Shown in pieces: positions 13,296 through 25,760 of a stretch of 64,000 nt of DNA. The DNA lies in the NCBI GenBank assembly GCA_030704615.1, contig CM060733.1:744001-808000 (forward strand). Direction: 5' to 3'. The stretch's first letter is position 1, and the number at the start of each line of letters is the position of its first letter. Source of the stretch: Takakia lepidozioides. Taxonomy: Eukaryota; Plantae; Bryophyta. Under the pieces are notes generated by a model that worked only from the letters and a program-made list of their open reading frames with translations, made no database searches and had not been told where the DNA came from. Both the position numbers and the translations under genes were made by a program.

Positions 13296-14481
13296 AAAAA
13301 GACCTCTTGTCTTCAACGACCGAAGCAGCAGTCCCGGGCGTCACATATGACCCAAGGGACTTTCGCCGAGGCTCTCCAAGTACTCTGTATTAACAAGGAC
13401 GCACTCTCCACTAGCTGATATGAGCCGTCTCATCACGGTTTTGGAAAGAATATTTCACCAACTTCCCTTTCAGATCGTAAACCTCTTTCTCCAAAAAGAT
13501 GGAGCCATTCTGCAGCTGAAAACGGGTAGCCAAGACATGTTCCAGAACAATTGCAAATCCATTGTCAAGGACTTCCTGGGAGAACGGCACTGGTTTGTCG
13601 TCTGAGAAGAACTCCGCTTCAGAGGAAGCCATCTTCCTTCCTCGAGTATGTTTGTACCTTGCTATCGCAGATCTAGTGTAAATCGGTTTACTGCTGTCTC
13701 CAACACAGTTGAAGAATGAGCAGAGCATATGGCGGAGGAAGCTCAGATAACGACTGTGCATATTCTGTTATTCATTCCAGATATGCAGCCGTCCATTTTA
13801 ATTACTTTTCTTGTGGGCCCAGTGGTCAGAGAATCCATAGGGGCAGTGTCGGCAACTGTTAAACCGTTAATCAGAACCTCATCAATAAACCCAATAACAA
13901 AGCCGACTTCCTGGAAGCATGCCACAGGATCCGAGAATGGGATTGCAGATTAAGTAAATCTATATATATACTACCAATGATCATGCGCACCTGGAAAGTT
14001 CCAAATGTGCAACGAATGTGGGGTTTGGATAACAAGGATGACCGTGTATGATATTCCAAAATTTGTCATCAAACTCTCGTTCATTTATATTTATTTGTTT
14101 AAGACTGCGCATCAATTTCTGGGATTCGCTGTTCTTTTTAAATATTGAACCAGTTATAATTTAGAACACGCCGTTTTGTTTTGGGCGGCACACGTCAGAC
14201 ATCCATAACTGAATACGAACAGCTGTACACCAATTGCTGGCATGTGCACTAATATCGAAACGACTATGTGTAACGGTCACGCGGGAGGGAATCCGATGCT
14301 TCTAGAGACACGCAAGAACACAGGTTATCCCGCAAGAAATCGGGAGTCACTGCGTTTTTCTACTTTTCGCGCTTAGAGGAGAGTGGTAGTCAAACTGGAG
14401 AGGGTTCCTTCTAGAATACGAAAGAGAAGAAAGTCTCTTTATTTTACTTCCCTTAGAGAGAGACGCAGAGCAAGAGAGAAA

Positions 14482-17400
14482 ATGACGAGGCGTCGTTTGT
14501 TGGAGAACACAGGGCCAAGGCAGCAGGTGAACGCGGAGACTGATTCACAAGAGCAGACGGAGACTGAGGCAGCGGCTGCGACACACACAGCCGGCGATAA
14601 GAGTGCGCTAGCCTGTGGAGGCAGAGATGAATCGCAGGGACACTGAAGAAGGTGGAAGCACGCGGAACGCCGAACCTGAAGAAGGTCAAGAAACCCTTGC
14701 GCAGACAGAAACTCCAGCAGATGTGAGAGGGAAGAGGAAAGCTGCAGAAGGGGATCAAAGTTCAAAACCTAAGAAGGTGCCAGTAAGTTTTATCATATAG
14801 TCTATGTGATTGCCTTTCAAGGAGTCCTTCCTCTTCCATTCTTTAGCAGGAACTACTGAATCGCGAGCGTCGTTAACGCCATTCGATTCTGCTCATGAGA
14901 TTTATGTACCTATGTGTTTGAAGAGAGAGTCTGCACTTACTATTCTCCCTAAACTATACTGAATGTCGTTGCCGCCAATCAGTTGCACATTATGTCATTT
15001 CACAACACCGATCCGGCAGGTTGTTATCTTTTGTGATTGTCGTTAACGCCGTTCGCTATCGCTCTCACTTTAGTTTTGAATACGGCAGTCTCGGCTTTGC
15101 ATCTGTAGATTGTGCTGAATTCTTTCACACCATTCATGGTGAGTTTCCTTGATACAGAGTGATTGTCGTTACCGCCATTCACTATTTGCAAATGACTTAG
15201 TCAGAACTGAATGGCATCGTTCAGAAAACTGTGAGGTCGAAGCCTACAGGATCAGATGGGAAAGGATCTGGAGATGGGACGAGTCCGCAAAAAGCTCAGA
15301 GAATACAGATGAAGCAGATGAATCCGAAGTGCACTACCTTGACAAGGTGAAAGAACTCATGTCATTCCAGAAGGTAAACTCTCAGGAGGTTATAAGGGAC
15401 ATGCTCGTATCTGGAGGGCGTCTGGACATACTCTGTGCCGGATGATATCAATGCCTGTTGTGCGTCCACCTCTTTCCCATGACATAACAAAATTGGAGAG
15501 TGATTTTTGCATGGATATAGACTTGGTGCCAAGTTTTTTATGTGTCCCTGACGGATATAAATGGGAAAAGCACATTAGTTTCTCCAGAGATCAGTGATAA
15601 CTGGGATGAGTGCTGGAAAGATGCCAATGAGGAGTTCGAGCTGGGCCTCATGATGGGAAAGAACACCCAGCAATTTTGCAACCACATGTTCTACGTCTGG
15701 GACGCAACCACCGATTGCTGGCATGGATGGGATACATTCAGAAACACCATTCGAAAGACAAAGACAACATGTTGCTGTGGAGGCAATGGTTTTGGATCCA
15801 GGAAACGACATCGCTAGGCTTTTTACAGCTATGCACGACATGAACAAGTAAGTCATCCAGGAGATTTGATTCCCTCTGTAGTGTCTTGTTGATCCTCAAA
15901 AAACAGTGTTAAGGAATGCAATGTTTTCAATGTTTTTGCAGATCGACAGAGAAATCGCATGTGACAACAAGCTTGGTTCACACACTATTCCGAATTCAGA
16001 GGATTGGTCTGATGAAGCTGGATGATTTTCGGACAGTACTACCACCCAATATCATCAAGAAGTGCGAAACAGGAAGAGCTGCAGCACTTGGTATTCTTTG
16101 ACACGAGAGGCGTTTCTGGAGTACATGTATGCGGTAAGCCCGAGTCTGTAATCTGTTTACTTTTCGAATACATGTTTAGAGTCCCTTCGGAGCTAATCAC
16201 TACTTGAATGAATGCAGCAAGACTGGCAGAGGCAGCTGAGAAGGGAAAATCCGAATATTACCGCACTACACCAGAGGAACTAAGGACATCAAAGGGTGTG
16301 GAAGCTGCAATAAAGAAGGAGTTTGAGATGCGAAGAACCAAATTGATGTCAGCCTTCGGAAAGCAGCTTAGAATAGTAGATCCTGGACTTGGTCCTGAGT
16401 TCCTTCAGCAGATCAAAACACACTATGACAAGCATGTGCATCCGGAGATGCAGCAGGAGAAATTGCACCGGCTGGCCATATCGATGGTCGACCCACAAAC
16501 AAAAATAAGGTGGCTGGAGATATGGAACTGAGATCAAACAGTAAAGGACTTGAATCAGTTCCCAAAGAGCACCATACAGCCTGGCACAAGGTGGAAGGAA
16601 TCAGTGATTTGGTGTTTGATAACTGGCTCCACAAGGCTACATTTTGGAGTCAGGTGTGTATTCGAACATGCTGTTTCTTATCTTCAAGTATGTGATGTGT
16701 TTCTTTTTTGCAATTCTGACAAATATTCTATTTGCAGCTCGAAAAGCGCGCCGTCATTGTGCTGGATCACTTTGAAGGACCTGAACATTGCGATTGTTTC
16801 CCCTCCCCAAATGTCATTGGAGGCATACATAAGGAAGTGGAGAGGTCTCACCTGGAGATACTGTTTTTTCCGGGAGTTCTCCAAAGATGGTAACATTTTA
16901 CGGTCCAACGACTTTGACAGTCAGGTTGGAGGAGAGTGGGCCATGATGCGAGTTGTGTACAGGTGAAATGTCATACTTGAAACTCTACTGTTTTTTTGGG
17001 AAAAATTGTGGCTTCATATGGATTGCAATCTTAGATCCAGATTGAATGTCGTTGACGACATTCACTTTCTTTGTCTGAGTCATTCTTAAGCGAATATATG
17101 AATTCACCTGGTTAGGATCTAAGGGTGCAATTATATTGTCCCTGATTAGAATTGATAATGTCCTTGAATGGCGTTGACGACATTCACATACGGAGTTGTT
17201 GTGCGGTCCTCAAGGTTATTTAAATTTTTGTAATGTCCATAGAGGATACAATGAGGGTTGATCACTTCATTTTGCTGAATGTCAATGCAGACATTCAGTT
17301 GTTCTGCATTGTTTTTTCCTCTTGCGATGAATATGGAGGCTTCATAAGCTCCGTTTTAAGAAATCCAAAGTGAATGTCGTTAACGACATTCACAGCTGTG

Positions 17401-18840
17401 TCTGTACTATTAAAAAACGACAAATTCAATATTCATGGATTGGGGAGCTAAGTAATTGGTTTCTTTTTGTATTTTTGTGAATGGCGTTGACGCCATTCAC
17501 ATACAGTGATGTTGTGAGGTCCTCAGTGATAGGTTCGTTATGAATGTGCATTGAGTTTTCCTGGATGGTTCCTTACTCAATTTTTTTATTTCCATCCTGT
17601 GATTTTGCTTCATTTCAGTAATAATTTGGCTTCATTCTTGAATGTCGTTGACGACATTCACTTCTATGTCTGTGTCATTTCTAATCGCTTATTTGCATTC
17701 ACCTGGATTAGGATGTATTTACAGTGTCATGGAATGGAATGTTCTGAATGGCGTTGACGACATTCATATCTGGGAGCAGTAGTGTGGTCCTGAAAGGTCC
17801 TTGGAGCAGTTGTCAGAGCCATTTCAATCCATGTTTTTATTCTTTCTGTTCTACTTGCATCTTACTCACTGAGCGCTTTTGTGGTTGGGATTCATCTCCT
17901 TTTTTCAGGTACACGAAATATGTGCTTATGGAAGGAAATCACTTGAGCGGAATTCCCGACTATCTTGACATGTGGTCGGACCCTGCAAACGATCCAACCA
18001 TGTATACTGCAGGGATATTGAAGGACTGGAGTCCTTTTCACTTTCAGAGACTGTGGGCGTACCTTGACTGCCCACCTGAGCACACGACCTTTCAAGAACA
18101 GCATATGAAATACTTGAACAATAACGCTGAGATGCTGGCGCCTTTGACTGACGAAGAGTATCAACGAAACATAGCAACCTTGGCTGCCAAGGAGCCTGAT
18201 GCTCAGGGAACGCCGCAGAAGGGAAAGAAGGCGGGCCGCAAACCAAAAGACAAGGCTGTTGATGTCATAGCCATCTCACCAGCAAAGCCAAAGGACAAAG
18301 ACAAGTCCAAAGAAGGAAAAGGACAAGGGGAAGGAGAATGAAAAGGAGATGGAGAGTGGGCAGGACTTTACTGCTGGAAGATATACCCCGCACTCTTCAG
18401 TGCGTGTTCGATGCCAAGCCACACCCTTCCCGTTCTGATTCAGCAGGAGAGATGAAAATTGTTAATGAGGGTTGGCTTTCGATGATGCAGAGTCGAAAGA
18501 GAGGATACACTGGGGTGCCATCCCCTACCTGGGACAATATAATCTCATTCCTCAATCTGGTGAGAATTCCATTTTCTTTCCTTTTTCTCTGAATGTTTCG
18601 TTGGCAGTATTTCAGTCTCGTTCTTTGAAAAACATTCTTGCCATCGTTCTTATAAAAAACATGTCTGTTGCAGGTGAGCACAGTCCCACCTTCGTGTGCG
18701 GTGTGCAGAAAACTTATGCGGCCGACATTGTCATTCTCGACATCCCGGATGGCCAGGCTGTGCCAGAAGTTCTTCCAAAGGGCAAGACGCCAGGGTGGAA
18801 CAAATTCGAGGACAACTACTGGAGTTGGGTATTTAACAGA
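14482..18840 (+). pseudogene. Spliced ParB/Srx-like domain plus amino-(N4C/N6A) DNA methyltransferase-like gene, copy 1 (frameshifted, 3'-truncated)
   Basis: Exons at about 14482-14782, 15200-15847, 15942-16133, 16219-16653, 16738-16962, 17909-18559 and 18674-18840. MFYVWD-[G]-NHRLLAW at 15686-15726 (needs one added G at 15704). AADIVILDIPDG at about 18718-18753. Homologous to 27956-30130(-) with shared intron positions. Confidence 0.65.
16963..17908. repeat. Intronic array of 22-26 bp palindromes TGAATG(T/G)CGTTGACG(A/C)CATTCA within ~300-bp diverged tandem units
   Basis: Copies at 17043, 17165, 17275, 17370, 17476, 17639 and 17745; more degenerate copies at about 14860, 14958, 15033 and 15158. 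Confidence 0.9.
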
Positions 18841-19269
18841 GTTCTTGATTCTAATAGCACCAGAACATACTAGCTACAACAATTCAGCCCATGTGTGGGC
18901 TTGCTTGTTTTTTGTTGGGCTTTTTTGAGGCATGGATTTTTTGACCTTGTGGCTTTTGAGGTGTCCATTGGGATTGGTCTCATTTGGATTTTTGTAATGT
19001 GATTTATAGGGATTGTATTATGTAACTATTTTCATGTATGTAGTTGACTATGTGGTTGATAGTATGCAGGAGGGATCCATTCTGTATTCTGTTTTCATGT
19101 TGGAATTTCACAATGTAATGAAGAATTTAAATCATTTAATCCATTTTATTTTAAATAATATTATTAAATATATAACCATTTAATAAATTTTTTCAAGGCT
19201 GCAATCACCCTTTTCTTTTAAATATTAAATGAAAACTAAAAATTAAAATATAAACATTAAAAATATAAA

Positions 19270-19997
19270 CTATTTCGGAGAACAATCTTGATGACACGTG
19301 GCATCACACCTGCTCAAACCAGAACACGTGGCAGTATATGACACACACATTCTTTATCCATATTTTCACCACGTGTAAAGATCCGTAGTCATATATGCTA
19401 GTCATATATTTTGTCTGTGTGCCACATGTCACATCTCAAGTGCAACAGGTGTCCCGCTAACAACTCTCTCTCCATGTAGACATCCCTGTAGTCATATGAG
19501 CAAGTCATGTAGTCACCACGTGTGAAATCTGCCATAGCACACGTGTCCCGCTAGCGCCTCTCCATGTAGGCATCACTGTGCAGACATGTAGTCATATGAT
19601 CATGGCAAGAAGTCGTGACATGTCAAATTCACAGTGACGCACGTGTCCATCCGTCGCCTCTCCATGTAGGCATCACTTTGCAGACATATAGTCATACGAT
19701 CCCCTGATGAATGCATGACGTGTCGCTTGCGCAGTGGCGCACGTGTCCCGCTGAAGCCTCTCCATGTAGGCAGCGCTCAACAGACAATGTAGTCATATAG
19801 TTGTGACTGCAACCCTCTCTGCAGCAGGACTCCAGGTGCCACGCAAGCAGTCACGGATATGACTTGCAAAACGCAGTCCTAAAGACTAGTCGCTATGACA
19901 GGGCTTTTTTCACTACAGAGTGATGTAGTCATGAACGCATATAAGACTGAAAAAATAGTCATATGTGAAGTCATAAAAACGCTCATCTGTTGTAGTG
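19270..19997 (+). mobile_element. Right end of a CACTA-type element: GTAGTCAT-rich subterminal repeats and TIR
   Basis: ~95-110 bp tandem units (CACGTGTCCCGCT..CTCTCCATGTAGGCA..GTAGTCATA). Terminus reads CACTACAACAGATGAGCGTTTTTATGACT on the minus strand, ends at 19997, and abuts the middle of a pogo-like ORF. Confidence 0.75.
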
Positions 19998-21240
19998 TCA
20001 CCATACATACAGCTATTCTACGGGCCCATATGTTTGAAACCATTCACAGTGGCAAACATGGAGTTCTGACTAACAAAGAAGAACAATTGTGGGACGTGGG
20101 GCATCCATTGACACTAACCTCAGATAAGATTGAAGGTGGCAGAGATCTGCCAGCTAAGGATTACACCATTTGTCAATGGAATACCTGGTTTTGGATGGCT
20201 ACGCTGGTTTAGGAGGAGACACCCTCATCTAAGTCTACGAGTTGCTCAAGCTGGTCTGGAGCAGGGAAGGGCCAAGGGCCTCTGCCAGGAGAACGTTGAT
20301 AGCTTCTACACTAACCTAGACAACCTATACAACAAAAACAACTACGACCAAGAGTGGATTTGGAACTGTGACGAGTCGGGGGCACAGGTAGGAAGAAATG
20401 TCGAGGCTAGAGTGTTGGCCAAGACTGGATCTCGCATGGTGCATTCCATTTGTCCAGATGATAGGGATCCTATATTTCTCTAAATGGATGTCACATTTTC
20501 TTGAATCAGTTAGAGGCATGGGGAATGAGATTATAGAGGAGAAGAGACATCTGCTAATCCTTGACGAACATAACAGCCATGTCACAATCAATGTTGTCCA
20601 CCAAGCTAGGTCAGTTAGACTCGATCTGATCATGTTGCCATCCCATATGTTGCACGCACTGCAACCTTTGGATGTCTCTATATTCAAGCCCTTCAAGACT
20701 ACATTCCATTGAGGAGGTGATAGGCAACATGGTTCTCGAAACCTAAGAGGAGTGTATGAACTACTATGTGTATATGGAGGACGACGATGGGCCCACAGAT
20801 GAAGTCCCTAATGATGAGATCCCGAGCAGCCAGGAATCCCAACCACTTCCCCGAGACTAGGAGCTCTCGATGCTCGCATTCATGGGTCTCAGCAGTATAG
20901 CCAGGTTTCTCACCCTCCTGAAGGCTCCTGCACCCAACAGATCAAGACGAGTGACTCAAGACAGGCAAGTCGATTACTCCAAATCCATAATTATGACCCG
21001 TGACGACTACGTCAATTCCCTGGAGCAGAAAGCACGACTCAATGCGGAAGCAAGTGCAGCCAAAGAGAAGAAACAAGATGACCAACGCATTGCACGAATA
21101 TAGAAGATGGCAGCAAAAAAATTAACCAAGCAGGAGGCAACTTGGATCAAAAAGGAAAGAGCGGCGTCAAAGAAAGCATATGACACACAGTGGACAAACA
21201 AGGTATTGGGGGAGTATGGCGATCGCCTGTAGGCACTAAT
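19998..21240 (+). mobile_element. pogo/Tc1-like (CENP-B HTH + DDE_1) transposase pseudogene
   Basis: GIPGFGWLRWFRRRHPHLSLR; IWNCDESG; RHLLILDEHNSHV; LIMLPSH..HALQPLDVSIFKPFK; with deletions and stops. Confidence 0.85.
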
Positions 21241-21679
21241 GAAGGTGGGAGGGCCCATCAGATTTTGCACATGTCGTCATCCATGCATGGAAAATTCTGG
21301 GTCCTTCCATAGATAGATGCGCCGAATTCCGCGTTGGGAGGCAGGTATTTCTGGGCCCCCACATGGTCTGGTTTTGGTAATTGTTTGGGAAAGGTGTAAG
21401 TGCACACTTTGTGCACTCAAGCCACCTTTAGGTGCATATCAGGGAGGAATATATGGCATTACATGAGGGACCTACTGAGCACAAGTGGGATAATATGTAC
21501 TTTGACTTTGATAATTTATATATAATATATACGTGATTGGAAAATTATGTATTTTGCACAAGTGATTGTTGTTTCCTAAGTTTGCTATTTTGCTCAAGTA
21601 ATTTTTGTGACACTTCACCCTTTGAGCAGTGCATACTACTTAAAAAACACACTTAAAGATACCACTTCATCAGCACGAG

Positions 21680-21974
21680 TAACCGTCGCCATCGCCCGAA
21701 CCCAATAATAATAATAATAATAATAATATAAATGCATGGCCACCGTCGCCCGTCGCCGGACGGTCGCCCAATTGTCGTCGTCGCCCAGCGGTCGCCCAAA
21801 CCCAAGGAAAGAAATAAATAAATAACCAAATAACCACTGTCACTGGACGGTCGCCCTGCTGTCGCCGTTGCCTAGCAGTCGCCTAAACTTTATATATATA
21901 TTTAAAAAAAAAACCCCCCACATAGCCATTGTCGCTCGACGATCGCCAAGCGGTCGCCTAAAACTCCAAAAAAA

Positions 21975-22023
<49 letters not shown>

Positions 22024-22560
22024 CGTATAGCCACCGTCGTTCAAGTGCTCCACTTGATCCAGGTCCAACGGGTTGGGATGTCCTGGTTGTAGTCTCAACC
22101 TCAGCTGTTGGGTCTACTTCTTCATACTCTTCCTCTTCCAATTTCTTCTCTCTGTTTTCATCTTCCAAGTTCTGCCCTTGGGTTTCTTCTTCTTCACTCA
22201 TGTAACTCAATTGCAATGGTGTTGGAGAGTTTGAACTCTCCGTTGGCTCTGCCACATCCTCTCCTCCTCCTTCTTCATCTTCTGTTTCAGAAACTGGAGT
22301 TCCTGCTTTTGGTGTTCCATGCCAACTCTTATCAAAGATTTCTGTCAAATCTTTTATCCAGGGATGTACCTCAGATCTTTCACCTCGTGGTTGATCTTCT
22401 TCCTGTACCAATTCCCTTAATCTTTCTTGCAAAGAAAAAGAAGGAGTGCATCCAACTCTAGTTCTTCCAAACCTCCAAGACAAAACAGAAAATCGCATAG
22501 CCATCGTCGGCTGGCGGTAGCCCGACAGCCCATATATATATATATCAACAACAACAAAAA
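21680..22560. repeat. GTCGCC-rich repeats interleaved with poly(A)/(AAT)n tracts, enclosing an acidic coding-like fragment (about 22040-22480, minus)
   Basis: Repeated (G/C)GTCGCC and ATAGCCA.CGTCG units; A-tract at 21968-22021. Probably transposon subterminal sequence. Confidence 0.5.
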
Positions 22561-23074
22561 ATGCGATGTGTGCAATACACATAGGCCATCACTTCGATGA
22601 TGGGATAAATTATGTCGCGTGAAAGTAAAAATAGAAAAAATAATTACTCGACGTAAAGTCAGTTTTGGATGTGACGTCCACGTCACGTCATAATTGACAA
22701 TTGGGATATGTTCAATCTTTGATGTATTATTATTATTATTATTATTTATGACGCCTCCCGAATGAAATGTAATTTTTTGTGTCTCTTACTGCCTTCCAGC
22801 GGGAAGGTGGACAGCTTTATGATACCAATTGGTGGATTGAACCCACAACCACTTCCTAGATGATACGTGCCAATTATCATCAGGCTACAACTTGGTTGTC
22901 GACGTATTATTAAATTTATTAGGGCTTCGGGTTGTTCACACTACTAGTAACGACTTTTGAGAACAATGATCCTTTTGATTGGAAACATATACTATGCGAA
23001 AAACATTAGGAACAATGTAAAAGTATAACATATACATATGATCTTATGGTACTTTGTCCAGATTCAGAATTCAC

Positions 23075-23354
23075 ATTTTTTATTTTTTATTGTTATCTTA
23101 AAGGAAACCGGAGTGACAGCCCACAATTCAGGCCCTTTAGGAGGGGGAAATATTAACCCCCTTTCATTTATCGGCCATGAGACCTAAAAATATATAAATA
23201 TAAAAAATAAAATAAAATTTATGGGCCATTAGACCTACAGGTAGAACAATGCCTAGGGAGACTACTACGAAATCCCACACAGGCAGGACAGCGGGTTTGA
23301 ACCCCGAACCAGCAAGGTGACACACTGTGCACTTACCAGCTAAGCTACCAGCCG
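23075..23354 (-). mobile_element. tRNA-derived SINE
   Basis: Minus-strand head GGCTGGTAGCTTAGCTGGTAAG (A-box) ... GGTTCAAACCC (B-box) at 23291-23353; A-rich tail (T-run at about 23076-23090). Confidence 0.6.
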
Positions 23355-25434
23355 ATGTGTCACCTTGTTAGTACGATGCCAGGGGGTTCATGTGTTTGTC
23401 TTTTTTTCGGCTGATTCCTGCTGACGGACAAATTTTTTATTGGTAACATGATGTCAATGGTAGACCTTAATGTAGCACCAGATTATCATTTGGGCACAAT
23501 GACCATTGGGTTTGGTGTCCCTAAACCGGCTCTGGAAGAGCTAGCGGCCTGCTTGAGCCATGTACTCGAACACCATCATAAGCTTCTTCCTCTCCAACAG
23601 TAGTGTCATACCTTAAATTCATGTGGAACATGAAAACTTTAATGCTTAACATCTGGCCACCAATGCCCCTTCTGTGTGGGCTACTTTTCAATCTCAACAT
23701 GCTCTTAGATTATAGGGCCATCCATTGCTTCTCGCTTTGTTTTGTGTGGCATTGCACAATAATCCACTACAGATCACGGCAGAACACCCAGATCAAGTAC
23801 ACGGTGCCACCACTCGGCTATATTCTGAAATTCTTGTTTGATTGACTTTCTGGAACAACCAGCTTAGTAGCCAAGATATTAGACATAAACCTTGGGATAG
23901 TAACTTACTTGGAGATGTCATCCAAGTGCTCTTCAAAATCCACTATAAATTGCTCTCATTCTCGAGATGTAGTTAATCCAAATACTATTGGTAGTGATCT
24001 CCTTCAGCAACAATTCCCTTCTCTATACACCCCCAGATCTTGCTTGCCGCCAGCCTCGCGTTCAGTCTTGAACAAAGAGCTTCATATCATAGGGCAACCC
24101 ATACACTCTTTTAGTACCATGTACTGGTAAGATTACTTCTCATATCAGGTCAGCGTTCTCTTGGCAGAACTATTGCCTCTACAAAGAACTGACACCAACT
24201 GTCCAAAGTGTAAGAAACACAACTGCCATATAAGAAACAGTAGGCTAGTCAAAGCCTGAACTGACCTGGATCACAAGGTTCTTGCTGCTTCATTTTGAAA
24301 GTGCCCCCAGCTGTTGGTTATCCAACTATCATGCTCACAACGATGAGCATCAAATTTATCTCCTTGCTTGAACAATCAACATGGAGTCTCTTCTTTTCCT
24401 CTTGCAAACAACCGTATTATCATACTATCATGAGTTGTCATGTGCAGCCTAAGCCAAATTTCAGATATAATTCTATACCCTTATGAGGGAAAAAACCAAG
24501 GGCAGCTAGCAAGAGGACGAAGATTCGGCTCTGGTGGATGCAGATGAAGTTTGGGTTCAATGTGATGCATACACGCGCAAGCAGCCGAATGGTGCTCAAG
24601 CTCTCGAGGAGGGATTGCTTGGTTCTGCAGTATCAACAAAGATTTACTCTATCAGAGCTGTTCAGTGCCTAAGCAAGTATTTGACAGTAGTGCAAGTATT
24701 AGGAGAATATTGCTAGGGTTCTATAAGAATGGGACTGCTTTTGGGCAACAACAAAATGTGGCTTTCTGGAGGCCAAAACCTGTATATCTAAAGTAAGTTT
24801 GTCATGTGGTACCTGATATGCATTTTAATGTCAAATTTAAATGTCATTCCAATTTTCTGAATCCCTAGTCTGTAATTATCAACTGATTCGAACTAAAAGT
24901 TGGAGACAAGAAGTTACCTTCATATTGTAGATAACCGTGTGAACACAAGGAAATGGCAGGAATGCCATGGACTCTTGTGTTCATGCTGCTCGTAGTCTCC
25001 TCACTATGGAAGACAAATGCCACAGTGACTGAGTCTGAAGCTTCCATGATTTCGCCTCCTGGATGCAGCTATAAGCAAGGATTCCTGACTGGGTACATCC
25101 CCAAGATGATCACATGATTTTAAAATATTGTATTGTATGGTAAAACCGAGCAGCACTGACCAAATGTTTCTGCAAGACATGATCCGAGTGAGAAATCTAT
25201 GGCAGCAATCAAATTGCTCAAGCAAAGGAAACAAACGCTGGCAGAATAGAGGAGGAGTACCTTAGTGGTCATAAGATTAGAGGCCCTCCGACACTTGAAG
25301 ATTGAGATGAAAATGAGTACTTATGCTGAGTAAACATGACTGTATGACAATCTTGCATTAAGGCAGAATACGGATCATAGAGTAAGGATGCTACCCTTGT
25401 ATTGACCTGGTCATTTATTAAAGATTGTCGTGGA

Positions 25435-25760
25435 TGGCAGGTAACCACCTGTAGCATTGTAGGTCGTCTGACACGATCCTCTACTATACACATGTTAGCA
25501 ATGTGCAACACTTTGAGTATCTTCATCTTCCATGGACCATTCGAAATCACATGGTCAAGTGCCTCAAGGGACTCCCCCTTCTTTATCATCTGGCGCACCC
25601 AACTGACCAAATTGCCTCCCTCAATGTCCTTGAAGTCCACCCATGTTGGCTCATTCCTAGTGAGTAGCTCTAACAATATCACACCATAGCTGTAGACATC
25701 TCCATGAGTGGTTGATCGCCAGCTCTGCCCATATTCAGGGGGAATGTATCCAATCCAAGG
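25435..25760 (-). pseudogene. EMS1: EMS1/EXS-like LRR receptor kinase, C-terminal kinase fragment
   Basis: GYIPPEYGQSWRSTTHGDVYSYGVILLELLT..EPT..DFKDIEGGNLVSWVRQMIKKG...RRPTMLQVV. Only subdomains VIII-XI are present; upstream sequence is degenerate. Confidence 0.8.

Noticed and set aside
17043-17766. CRISPR array (palindromic repeats with spacers)
   Set aside because: Eukaryotic intron, no cas genes, spacers are about 75-140 bp and related to one another in ~300-bp higher-order units.
21902-22582. 226-aa minus-strand ORF
   Set aside because: Low-complexity acidic fragment running into a poly(T) tract (poly-Phe); no recognisable domain.
23291-23354. tRNA gene
   Set aside because: A/B boxes are present but there is no proper cloverleaf, and a body and A-rich tail follow, so it is treated as a SINE.
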